The translations under genes were made by a program, and so were the position numbers. Below the pieces are notes generated by a model that was not told the DNA's origin, did no database searches, and saw nothing but the letters and a program-made list of their open reading frames with translations. DNA of 64,000 nt from Anaerolineales bacterium (lineage in GTDB: Bacteria > Chloroflexota > Anaerolineae > Anaerolineales > UBA11579), in the NCBI GenBank assembly GCA_040902205.1, contig JBBDXR010000034.1:2859-66858 (forward strand), read 5' to 3'. Below are positions 19,081 to 27,607 of this stretch, piece after piece (the first letter of the stretch is position 1; every line of letters starts with the position of its first letter).

Positions 19081-19785
19081 CTAACTAATGGTGATGTCGA
19101 CGATTTCGTTGTCATCTTCATCGTTGGCTTGAATGTGAATGTTCTCGCCCTTTTTGCCGGATTCCTTAATGGCTTGCAGGAGCTTATCGACATCCTCTTG
19201 TTCCATGCCGGGGATATGGCGGCCCACCGAGCGCAGGGCGGTCGTGGCAACTCCCAAAGGCACAGGCAGGTCCACGTTGACGTTCACTTTGCCGCCGCGC
19301 CGCCGCGAGTCCACTTTGAGATGGGCCCAGGGGCCGCGCTGGGATAGCCAGCCGAACACGATGAGCAGGATGCCGATGGCCAAAGGGAACCAGGCGCAAA
19401 AGAAACCCAGGCCCAGGCCGCCATCGCGGGCGTCGGCAGCCATCCACAAGCCGGCCAGCAGGGTGATAAGGGTACCCGCCGTGATCGGGATCAGCCACCA
19501 AGCCCAGGTGCGCGAGGTGCTGAAATGATTGGGTATGACTTCGACCTTTGGCGGCTGGGCCTCCCGCTCACGCGGCAGCTCTTCCGTTGCGGCCTTTGTC
19601 GAAAGGCGCCGGGCAGCTTCGTCGGCGCTGATTTCGCCGCGCTCCAGAAGCTCGAGCACATCCATAGGCTTTTCGGCCTTGGTCGAGGTTTCATCCGTGC
19701 TGAGCAGGCGCTCCGCCTCTGCCGGGCTAATCTCGCCCTTTTCCAGGCGATTCAAAATGGCCATGCGTTCCGAGGGGCTAGGCAT
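19081..19785 (-). CDS. hypothetical membrane protein with two SHOCT-like repeats
   Basis: Start taken at ATG 19785, which overlaps the upstream stop by 8 nt (ATGCCTAG). Two SHOCT-like motifs are followed by two TM helices and then a paralogous C-terminal domain. Confidence 0.7.
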   Translation of the reverse strand: MPSPSERMAILNRLEKGEISPAEAERLLSTDETSTKAEKPMDVLELLERGEISADEAARRLSTKAATEELPREREAQPPKVEVIPNHFSTSRTWAWWLIPITAGTLITLLAGLWMAADARDGGLGLGFFCAWFPLAIGILLIVFGWLSQRGPWAHLKVDSRRRGGKVNVNVDLPVPLGVATTALRSVGRHIPGMEQEDVDKLLQAIKESGKKGENIHIQANDEDDNEIVDITIS

Positions 19786-21007
19786 TGTCTTCGTCCTTTT
19801 CGCGCGTTGGAGGAACTGGCGCAACAGGTGGGGTGGGCGGCACTGGCGGAACTGGGGGCACCGGAGGCTCGCCCTCGCCAGCCTTGCGCCCCTCCAGCGT
19901 ATTCAGCAGCATTTCGGCTTCCTGCACGCTGATCTTCTTTTCCTGCACCATCTGCAGGATGAGCCCGCGCTCCTTGCTGGATACCTGCTCGGATGCCTTG
20001 CCGCTATGGGAGACCGTGACCACCTGGCCGTGTCGATTGCGTAATTTGCGTTCCAGCCGGCGTTGCGCTTCCTGGACGCGGCGCTGCGCGTGAGCAGCGG
20101 CGCGCGAGCCGCTTTGCTTCAGGCGTTCGCCCAAGGCCTCCAATTGCTCATTGAGCGATTCCAACTGGCCTTCCATCTGGGTCGTTACTTGTTCTGTAAT
20201 CTCGTCGGCCAATCCGGCCAGGTCATCCACGAAATCCATGTCTGGTGTGAACTCTTCGCCCTCCCGGCAGCGGAAATCGATATGGCCTCCGGCCGAAAGC
20301 TCCAAAGTGGCCCCGCCGTCTCCGAGAATAAATTCATGCCGGCCGGTTTGCACTAGTTGTTTGCTGTCTTCGGTATACACATGGATCTGCTTTGCGCCGC
20401 TGATCAGCACGACATCCGCGTCCGTCGAGGCATCCAAATGGCAGAAGAGGTTTCCGCCGGCTTTGACGCGGTACTCGGAGCCAGCTTCGAGCTCCAGGCG
20501 CAATTCGGCGTTGCCGTCGCTAGCCGCCTCGATGTTCCCCTCTATATTCCGCAGGCTGAGGTTGCCGTGGATCTCCTTGGCGCTGACTTCGCCTTCCACG
20601 TCGCGCAGACTGAGATTGCCGGATACCTCCTCGGCATTGAGTTCGCCCTCCACATTGCGTGCGGTGAGGTTTCCATCTATGTTGCCCAAAGCAGCTTCGC
20701 CCACGGTTTTCAGATTGAGCGAACCGCCCACTTGGTCTACGCGAACCTTTCCTTCGAGGCCATTTACATACGCATCCCCGTCCACGGATTTTATGTGCAG
20801 TTCGCTTTGCTCTGGCACGCGCAGCATGCAATCACTTTCGCAACTCAATATCAGAGTGTCGTCTTTGAAACGGTATTCCAGATGTTCTTCGCTATCTACA
20901 TCGATGCGAATGACCTGCTCATCCCAGCCTTTGACCTGCAGGCTTCCGGCTACGTTTTCGATCTTGAGCAGCGGGGATTCCCCTGCGGGGATTTGGATTC
21001 TTGCCAT
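19778..21007 (-). CDS. DUF4097-like repeat protein (putative adhesin/LiaF-C-like beta-helix) with Pro-rich tail
   Basis: Start at ATG 21007, 1 nt after the DUF2089 stop. Has repeated GNLSLRDVEGEVSA-type units, a C-terminal SHOCT-like motif and a PPVPPVPPVPPTPPVAPVPP tail. Confidence 0.75.
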   Translation of the reverse strand: MARIQIPAGESPLLKIENVAGSLQVKGWDEQVIRIDVDSEEHLEYRFKDDTLILSCESDCMLRVPEQSELHIKSVDGDAYVNGLEGKVRVDQVGGSLNLKTVGEAALGNIDGNLTARNVEGELNAEEVSGNLSLRDVEGEVSAKEIHGNLSLRNIEGNIEAASDGNAELRLELEAGSEYRVKAGGNLFCHLDASTDADVVLISGAKQIHVYTEDSKQLVQTGRHEFILGDGGATLELSAGGHIDFRCREGEEFTPDMDFVDDLAGLADEITEQVTTQMEGQLESLNEQLEALGERLKQSGSRAAAHAQRRVQEAQRRLERKLRNRHGQVVTVSHSGKASEQVSSKERGLILQMVQEKKISVQEAEMLLNTLEGRKAGEGEPPVPPVPPVPPTPPVAPVPPTREKDEDNA

Positions 21008-21008
21008 C

Positions 21009-21395
21009 TCAGTTTCCTTCCTTCTCTTGGATGAGGCGCAGCGCCTCTTCGTAATTGATCCTGCCGGCATCCAGGTCATCCAGGATGCGTTTGCGTTCAT
21101 CGTCGCTCAAGCCGGCAAATTCGTCTTCGCCGGGTTCGTACCCCAGCGCGCGGATGACTTCTTGCAGCCGGTTGCGGATGGTGGGGTAGGAAAGGCCCAT
21201 ATCCGCTTCCATGCGGGTGATCTTGCCTTCATTGCGCACAAAAAGCTCGACGAAGGCTAGCTGCTCCTCGCTGAGCTGGCTGAACATGCCGGAGGTGAAA
21301 CGGCCCTCCAGCCGGGTTTCGCATTCCCGGCAGGAGAGGCCAGTGACCACCAGTTCGCCGCCGCAGACCGGGCAGGCGTTTGGGATTCTGTGCAT
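21009..21395 (-). CDS. DUF2089 family zinc-ribbon/HTH protein (putative regulator)
   Basis: 128 aa with CPVCGGEL...CRECETRL followed by LSYPTIRNRL, as in DUF2089. Confidence 0.85.
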   Translation of the reverse strand: MHRIPNACPVCGGELVVTGLSCRECETRLEGRFTSGMFSQLSEEQLAFVELFVRNEGKITRMEADMGLSYPTIRNRLQEVIRALGYEPGEDEFAGLSDDERKRILDDLDAGRINYEEALRLIQEKEGN

Positions 21396-21471
21396 GCTTA
21401 CCGGCCTTGCCAGGCCGAGGCCACCTGATTGCCCCCGGACGTTCGCGGTTTGATCGACGAGCCTAATGTGA

Positions 21472-21609
21472 TCAACGCCTCGCCGATCCCCTGCCTAACC
21501 TTGTGGTCCCACCGGTTCTGAGGGGAGAGCTGGCCGCCAACCGAGGCTGTGGCTCCCTGCACCGTTTGCTGCACGTAAAATGATAGACTTCATTGTTTGA
21601 AATAATCAT
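21472..21609 (-). CDS. candidate 45-aa leader ORF (MIISNNEVYHFTCSKRCREPQPRLAASSPLRTGGTTRLGRGSARR)
   Basis: ATG at 21609 is preceded by GAGGAG at 6-nt spacing and lies about 60 nt downstream of a canonical promoter. Translated by hand, with no homology support. Confidence 0.3.
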   Translation of the reverse strand: MIISNNEVYHFTCSKRCREPQPRLAASSPLRTGGTTRLGRGSARR

Positions 21610-21674
21610 TGCTTACTCCTCTTCTGGTAGACGGACATTCAAAATCCTTATTTTGTGAGCCATTTTCATGCGTA

Positions 21675-21702
21675 ATTATACAGATTGTCTTGAAAAAGTC
21701 AA
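21675..21702 (-). promoter_or_regulatory. sigma70-type promoter TTGACT-16-TATAAT for the DUF2089 operon
   Basis: On the minus strand the -35 TTGACT is at 21702-21697 and the -10 TATAAT at 21680-21675, inside an AT-rich stretch. Confidence 0.5.
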
Positions 21703-21705
21703 GAC
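21687..21705. promoter_or_regulatory. 7-bp-arm palindrome GTCTTGA-AAAAG-TCAAGAC overlapping the -35 box
   Basis: Perfect inverted repeat read directly. A related AAAAGTCAA recurs near 21743. Confidence 0.4.
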
Positions 21706-21848
21706 CTAATCTAAGAAATATCAAGCTTGCTATTACAAAAGTCAAATTCTTAGATAAACGGACTTGGTGGCTGGGTAGGGCGAAGAGAATAATAGGTTTG
21801 AGCAGTAATCAAGGTGCTTGGGATATCAGGAATCCCGAAAGCCAAGAT

Positions 21849-22817
21849 TCACACTACGGTTGCCGATTCGGCCCGGGAATTCTGTTGGATAGCCAGGGAG
21901 GTCCCGGGGCGGTCATGGGGCTTTCGGACTAGGCCCAGGGCGACGGGTCCCGATCGGGGAGAGAGGGCTGAAGATGTGATGGAGCCAATGGTCTTGCCAT
22001 CCGCGTAGATGGCGGCACCAGCCTCCAAGGGAGCCGAGGCCCGGATGCGAACCAATTGACGCACCACCTTGTCGTAGGTCACCTGGCGGGCCAGCACCTC
22101 CTGGCCCGTGTAACAACCCTTGACGGGTGATACAAGGCGGTCTAGGCCCAGTTCGAAAGGTGTGTATTCGTTTTGGAATTCAGGATCGCCGGCCAAACCC
22201 GCTTCTATGCGCAGGACCTCGCGAGCCGGGAAGTCCAAGGGGGCAATCGAGAGTTGAGCCAAGCGCTCAACGAGCACTTCCAACACCGTTGCCGGGAGTA
22301 AAACCAGGAATGCCAGGTTTGCTGAATAGCCGGATATGCCGATGGCCGCAGTTTGCTCACCATCCAAGGTCCCTGTGGCGACGCCATCCAGATTTGGAAT
22401 GGAGCTTATCCCAATCTCGGTCAACACTCGGCCAGCCGGCGGCCCATGCAGTTCGACTTGCGCCCAATGTGCGCTGCGATCCTCGATGGTAACTTTGTCG
22501 TTGAAGAAGACCCGTTTTTGAAAATAGGCCGCCAGCCCAGGTCCATGGCCGGGTTGCGTGAGCATGCCGACGGCTTCGCCCTCGTCGATCAGCAGGAAAT
22601 ATTCGAGGATGCGGCCAGTGGCAGCGGTCAGCAAACTGGGTAGGGCCTGAGTGCGGCTCAAGAGATCGAGATCGTTGGTCGTTTGGCGCTGCAGGTAGCC
22701 GCGGCGCGTCTCGCCGCTGAACGCGACGTAACCGGGCTTGGCGACTACGTAGTAGTCCGCGGCCTCATGGGCTGCGTTGAACGCGTCGATAACGTCAGGC
22801 GAAGGCATGTTCGTCAT
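21849..22817 (-). CDS. ygfZ: folate-binding YgfZ / GcvT-like protein
   Basis: C-terminal KGCYTGQEVLARQ motif. Start placed at ATG 22817, because the longer ORF would run into the trxB start region. Confidence 0.8.
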   Translation of the reverse strand: MTNMPSPDVIDAFNAAHEAADYYVVAKPGYVAFSGETRRGYLQRQTTNDLDLLSRTQALPSLLTAATGRILEYFLLIDEGEAVGMLTQPGHGPGLAAYFQKRVFFNDKVTIEDRSAHWAQVELHGPPAGRVLTEIGISSIPNLDGVATGTLDGEQTAAIGISGYSANLAFLVLLPATVLEVLVERLAQLSIAPLDFPAREVLRIEAGLAGDPEFQNEYTPFELGLDRLVSPVKGCYTGQEVLARQVTYDKVVRQLVRIRASAPLEAGAAIYADGKTIGSITSSALSPRSGPVALGLVRKPHDRPGTSLAIQQNSRAESATVV

Positions 22818-22912
22818 TCTAGCATCCGCCGCGGCGTTATATAATCGGCAAGCGCCGCCTGGAGTATGATTTTGATATCGAACAGCGTCTATTAGACAGA
22901 CGAGGAATCCCG

Positions 22913-23872
22913 ATGGAATCAAAGAAACCCACAGCCAAATCGCCTGTAGCCGCAGAGCACGTTAAGAACCTTGTGCTGGGCTCCGGGCCGGCCGGCTTGA
23001 GCGCCGCGCTCTACACCGCCCGCGCCCAGTTGGAGCCGGTGGTGCTGGCGGGCGCCGAATACGGCGGCCAGGTTTCGCTCACCCACATCGTGGAGAACTA
23101 TCCCGGCTTCCCGGAGGGGGTGGGCGGCCCTGAACTGACCGAGTTGTTCAAAAAGCAAGCCGAGCGTTTTGGGGCACGCGTGATGTTCGACACGGCCACC
23201 GCAGCAAACCTGGCCAAGCGCCCCTTCCGCATCAAGACCTACGAGAAGGAATACCTTGCCGATACGCTGATCATCGCCACCGGCGCCACGCCGCGGCATT
23301 TGGAGATCCCTGGCGAGACCGAGTTCACCGGTCGCGGCGTTTCTTATTGCGGCACCTGCGATGGCTTCTTCTTCAAGAACAAGGATGTGGTCGTGGTAGG
23401 AGGGGGAGACAGCGCCCTCGAGGAAGGCGTTTTTCTGACGCGCTTCGCCAACAAGGTCACCCTCGTTCACCGCCGCGATGAATTGCGCGCCAGCCCCATC
23501 CTGCAGCAACGCGCCAAAGACAACCCCAAAATGGGCTTCATCTGGGATACGGTGATCAAAGATATCCAAGGCAACGGCGCCGTGCAGCAGATCCAGATGG
23601 AAAACTTGAAGACCGGCAAAGGCGAGCCGTTCAAGACCGACGGTGTGTTCATCTTCATCGGCCATACGCCGAATACGCAATTGTTCAAAGGCCAACTGGA
23701 AATGGATGCGGCCGGTTACCTGGTGGCCAACCGCAACATGGAAACCAGCGTGGCGGGCGTTTTCTCCGCCGGCGAAGTATCCGATCCGCACTTTCGCCAA
23801 GTGATCACCTCGGCGGGCATGGGCGCTGCCGCCGCCATCCAGGCGACGCGGTTCCTGGAAAATAATCCTTAG
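22913..23872 (+). CDS. trxB: thioredoxin-disulfide reductase
   Basis: 319 aa with the redox CGTC in [20 protein letters not shown] and a C-terminal FAD motif. Confidence 0.95.
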   Translation: MESKKPTAKSPVAAEHVKNLVLGSGPAGLSAALYTARAQLEPVVLAGAEYGGQVSLTHIVENYPGFPEGVGGPELTELFKKQAERFGARVMFDTATAANLAKRPFRIKTYEKEYLADTLIIATGATPRHLEIPGETEFTGRGVSYCGTCDGFFFKNKDVVVVGGGDSALEEGVFLTRFANKVTLVHRRDELRASPILQQRAKDNPKMGFIWDTVIKDIQGNGAVQQIQMENLKTGKGEPFKTDGVFIFIGHTPNTQLFKGQLEMDAAGYLVANRNMETSVAGVFSAGEVSDPHFRQVITSAGMGAAAAIQATRFLENNP

Positions 23873-23991
23873 CTACTGTCTAGCAATGAAACATGCAACC
23901 GGTAGCCTAATTAGCTAGGGTTCTAACGTTTTATGGGGGCATCCGGGTGAATCAGTTATACGCATATTTGCATTTATGAATAGTCGGTCGG

Positions 23992-24021
23992 TTGAAATTT
24001 CGGGGTCAACCAAGCTATAAT
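23992..24021 (+). promoter_or_regulatory. candidate promoter TTGAAA-18-TATAAT upstream of mdh-gltA
   Basis: Hexamers read directly at 23992-23997 and 24016-24021. Confidence 0.45.
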
Positions 24022-24072
24022 GAGGATATTCCGCGAGATGCGATCCCGTAATTCACTTCCCAGGAGACTTCA

Positions 24073-24996
24073 GTGACCAAGATTTCGATAGTCGGCGCGG
24101 GGATGACCGGGGCTACGGCCGCCCATTGGCTGGCCGAGCGCGAACTGGCGGATATCGCCCTGGTCGATATCGTCGAGGGCATGCCGCAGGGCAAGGCCCT
24201 CGATTTGTTACAGGCCATGCCAGTGATCGGCAAGGATGTACGCGTCGTGGGTTCGAACGACTACGCCGCCACGGAAGGTTCCGACATTGTGGTGATCACC
24301 GCTGGCTTGCCGCGCAAACCGGGCATGAGCCGCGAAGACCTGCTCAACACCAACGCCGACATCGTCAAGAAAGCCACCGAAGGCACGCTGAAGCATTCCC
24401 CCAAAGCAGTCTACATCATCCTTACCAACCCGCTCGACTCCATGTGCTATGTGGCCATGAAGGTAGGCGGTCTGCCGCGCGAGCGCGTCATCGGCCAGGC
24501 CGGCATCCTCGATTCGGCACGCATGCGCGCCTTTGTGGCCATGGAACTGGGCGTGAGCGTGGAGAACGTGGCCTGCTATGTGCTGGGCGGCCACGGGGAC
24601 AGTATGATCCCCCTGACGCGCCATTCCAATGTGGCCGGCGTACCTCTCAACGAAATCCTGCCTGCCGATAAACTATCAGCCATCGTGGACCGCACCCGCA
24701 AGGGCGGTGGAGAGATCGTAGCGCTGCTTAAGCAAGGCAGCGCTTTTTACGCGCCTTCCGCTGCCATCGCCCAGATGGCTGAGGCGATCCTGAAGAACAA
24801 GAATCTGATCGTTCCTTGCTCGATCTACTTGCAAGGCGAATATGGTTTGAAGGATATTTTCTTCGGGGTTCCTGCCCAGTTAGGGCGGGGCGGTCTGGTC
24901 AAAGTGATCGAATACCAGCTGAACGCCGAAGAAAAGGCCAGCGTGGAAAAATCTGCGGCCGAGGTGCGGGAAAGCACCGCCGCATTGAAGATATAA
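24073..24996 (+). CDS. mdh: malate dehydrogenase (LDH-like type)
   Basis: 307 aa with a GTG start after AGGAG, plus KISIVGAGMTG and GGHGDSM. Confidence 0.95.
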   Translation: MTKISIVGAGMTGATAAHWLAERELADIALVDIVEGMPQGKALDLLQAMPVIGKDVRVVGSNDYAATEGSDIVVITAGLPRKPGMSREDLLNTNADIVKKATEGTLKHSPKAVYIILTNPLDSMCYVAMKVGGLPRERVIGQAGILDSARMRAFVAMELGVSVENVACYVLGGHGDSMIPLTRHSNVAGVPLNEILPADKLSAIVDRTRKGGGEIVALLKQGSAFYAPSAAIAQMAEAILKNKNLIVPCSIYLQGEYGLKDIFFGVPAQLGRGGLVKVIEYQLNAEEKASVEKSAAEVRESTAALKI

Positions 24997-25023
24997 GGCT
25001 GCTCAGTCCCTTAAGGAGGCACC

Positions 25024-26361
25024 ATGTCGAAAGATGTCATGATCCAAACAGGCAATGGCAAGGAAGCGATGAAGTCGACGGAGTCTCTCTCGATTACGGA
25101 TAATCGCACCGGGAAGCAGTACGAAGTGCCTATCTGGCAGGGAACCGTCAAGGCCATGGATCTGCGCAAGATCAAGACTGGCGATGAAGATTTCGGCCTG
25201 ATGTCATATGACCCCGCTTTCCTGAACACCGCAAGCACCAAGAGCGAGGTCACCCTGGTGGATGGCGAAAAAGGCATCCTGCGTTATCGCGGCTATCCCA
25301 TCGAGCAGCTGGCGGAAAGCTGCACGTATCTCGAGGTGGCCTATTTGATCCTTTACGGTGAATTGCCCAACAAGGATCAACTGGCTCTATGGGTCTTTGA
25401 CATCACCCATCACACCATTTTGCATGAGAACATTCGCCATTTCATGCAGAACTTCCGCTACGATGCCCATCCCATGGGCATGTTCATCGCAACTGTGGCG
25501 GCGCTCTCCACCTTCTACCCTGAGGCCAGCAATATCGGTAATGAGGCGCTGCGCACCATCCAGATCCAGCGGCTGATCGCCAAGGTACCCACCATCGCAG
25601 CTTTCTCCTTCCGCCATGTGCGCGGGCTGCCCTTCATCTACCCTGACAACGATCTGAGTTACCCGGGTAACTTCCTGAGCATGATGTTCAAGATGACCGA
25701 GGCCAAGTATGCGCCCAGCCCGGTGTTGGAGCGAGCTTTGGACGTGCTCTTCATCCTGCATGCGGATCACGAGCAGAACTGCAGCACCAACGCGATGCGC
25801 GCAATCGGCTCCAGCAAGGTGGATCCGTATTCGGCCATGGCCGGGGCGGCCGCTGCACTTTACGGTCCGCTGCACGGCGGCGCCAACGAAGCCGTGCTCA
25901 AGATGCTGGCCCAGATAGGCGATATCAAGAACATCCCCGGCTTCATCGAAAAGGTGAAGAAAGGGGAGGGCAAGCTGATGGGCTTCGGGCACCGCGTCTA
26001 TAAGAACTATGACCCGCGGGCGCGCATCATCAAGAAAGTGGCCGAGGATGTATTCCAAGTCACCGGCCGCAACTCGCTGTTGGACATCGCCCTCGAACTG
26101 GAGCGCATTGCCCTCGAGGATGACTACTTCGTCTCGCGCAAGCTCTACCCCAACGTGGACTTTTATTCGGGGATCATCTACCAGGCCATGGGGTTGCCCG
26201 TGGCTATGTTCCCCGTCATGTTCGCCATCCCGCGCACCGTCGGCTGGCTGACCCAATGGCAGGAAATGCTTGGCGACGAAGAACAGAAGATTGCCAGGCC
26301 GCGCCAGGTCTACCTTGGAAAAGACAAGCGCGACTTTGTGGCGATGACCAAACGCAAATAG
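25024..26361 (+). CDS. gltA: citrate synthase
   Basis: 445 aa with HADHEQNCST and GFGHRVYKNYDPR. AAGGAGG lies upstream. Confidence 0.95.
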   Translation: MSKDVMIQTGNGKEAMKSTESLSITDNRTGKQYEVPIWQGTVKAMDLRKIKTGDEDFGLMSYDPAFLNTASTKSEVTLVDGEKGILRYRGYPIEQLAESCTYLEVAYLILYGELPNKDQLALWVFDITHHTILHENIRHFMQNFRYDAHPMGMFIATVAALSTFYPEASNIGNEALRTIQIQRLIAKVPTIAAFSFRHVRGLPFIYPDNDLSYPGNFLSMMFKMTEAKYAPSPVLERALDVLFILHADHEQNCSTNAMRAIGSSKVDPYSAMAGAAAALYGPLHGGANEAVLKMLAQIGDIKNIPGFIEKVKKGEGKLMGFGHRVYKNYDPRARIIKKVAEDVFQVTGRNSLLDIALELERIALEDDYFVSRKLYPNVDFYSGIIYQAMGLPVAMFPVMFAIPRTVGWLTQWQEMLGDEEQKIARPRQVYLGKDKRDFVAMTKRK

Positions 26362-26383
26362 TCAGCCGGTCACGAAAATAAAA

Positions 26384-26413
26384 GAGACCTCCCAATCGGA
26401 GGTCTCTTTTTTT
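26384..26413. terminator. rho-independent terminator (bidirectional position)
   Basis: GAGACCTCC-CAATC-GGAGGTCTC followed by T7, preceded by an A-run, between convergent genes. Confidence 0.8.
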
Positions 26414-26425
26414 ACGAGTAATTAG

Positions 26426-27580
26426 CTACTGGGTGGGCGTCGCCGCCACGCCGCTGCCGGACCAGGAGAAAACACGCTCTTCGCTGACCGGTCCTCCGGT
26501 AAGGAAAACCGGCAGCCCCTCCACATCCACCCCGATCTGCGCCACAGGCACTACGAACCACCTGAAGATGTGGGGCCGGCCGTCTGTAGGACGGAATGAG
26601 ATGGGCACGATGAAGCTGGTGTCTTTGACTTCGTCGATTATGCGCAGGTTCTGCCCGCCGGTAATATCGATGACGGTAACCTGATAGAACTCGTTGCCGC
26701 GCAAGGCGCCCACCGAGGACCATTGCAGCGTAACGCTGTCGGCCGTGGAGTCAAACGCGGCTCCGTCGGCTGGCAGCAGTGGCTCCGGCGCCGGGTAAGG
26801 CGGCGCAATGGTAGGCGTCACCGTAGCCCCGGCCACGAAGACCCGCTCGCACAGGGGGATGGTCAGGTGCTGGCCCAGGAACGCCACATCGCTGGTAAGG
26901 CCGTTCCATTCCAGGATCGCTTCCATGGGGACGCCAAAAGTGACCGCGATCAGGCTCATCGTTTCGCCTTCCTGCACCACGTGTTCCTGGGTGGGGCAAG
27001 CCGCGATGGTCGCGTCCAATTCGCTCAACGTGGCCGAGGCAGCGGGCGTGGGCGTGAAGGTGGGCTGCGGAATGCGCAGGACCTGGCTCACACTTAGGTC
27101 ACAGTTGGCATTCAACGCGTTCGCCAAAATGATGTCTTGCGGCTGGATGTCGAACGCGAAGGCGATGCCTCCGCAGGTATCCCCGAGTTGAACGGTATAG
27201 GAAAGCGCCGTAGGCGTCGCCTGCGGCGTCGGCGTGACCGTGGGAGTTTCAGGAGTGGGTGAAAGCGTGGCAGTCGGCGAGACCGATGGGGAAACGACCG
27301 CAGGGGCCGCGCTGAGGCCTCCCGTTTGCGACAGGGCCGCATAGGCCAGCCCGGCGCCTACCACCAGGAATAAAGCCAGCAGGCCGAGGGCTACCGGCAA
27401 GTTGAGCCTCACCTCGGGCATGGCGCCGCGGCCCACGAGCGGCATGGCAGCCAGCGGTTTCTTCTCGCTGGCGCTGAACTGGTAGCCGCACACCAGGCAG
27501 CGCGGCGAACGCTCGCTGACTCGAGTTCCGCATGACGGGCAGACTTTGGTTGGAGTGGAGCGGGGTTTATCCGAGGCCAT
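26426..27580 (-). CDS. zinc-ribbon / TM / double LysM domain protein
   Basis: 384 aa. CPSCGTRV...CLVCG is followed by a TM segment and then two LysM-like units (YTVQLGDTCGGIA, HVVQEGETMSLIA). Confidence 0.8.
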   Translation of the reverse strand: MASDKPRSTPTKVCPSCGTRVSERSPRCLVCGYQFSASEKKPLAAMPLVGRGAMPEVRLNLPVALGLLALFLVVGAGLAYAALSQTGGLSAAPAVVSPSVSPTATLSPTPETPTVTPTPQATPTALSYTVQLGDTCGGIAFAFDIQPQDIILANALNANCDLSVSQVLRIPQPTFTPTPAASATLSELDATIAACPTQEHVVQEGETMSLIAVTFGVPMEAILEWNGLTSDVAFLGQHLTIPLCERVFVAGATVTPTIAPPYPAPEPLLPADGAAFDSTADSVTLQWSSVGALRGNEFYQVTVIDITGGQNLRIIDEVKDTSFIVPISFRPTDGRPHIFRWFVVPVAQIGVDVEGLPVFLTGGPVSEERVFSWSGSGVAATPTQ

Positions 27581-27607
27581 AAAACCGAGGGATTATACCA
27601 ATCGGGC

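Noticed and set aside
20151-21260. 369-aa and 225-aa plus-strand ORFs opposite the DUF4097 gene
   Set aside because: The translations are Ser/Pro/Arg-rich and low-complexity. The minus-strand gene has a periodic repeat structure and sits in a compact operon.
21609-21932. 107-aa plus-strand ORF in the AT-rich region
   Set aside because: It starts inside the promoter and leader of the DUF2089 operon and runs into the 3' end of ygfZ on the opposite strand. It has no SD and an odd composition.
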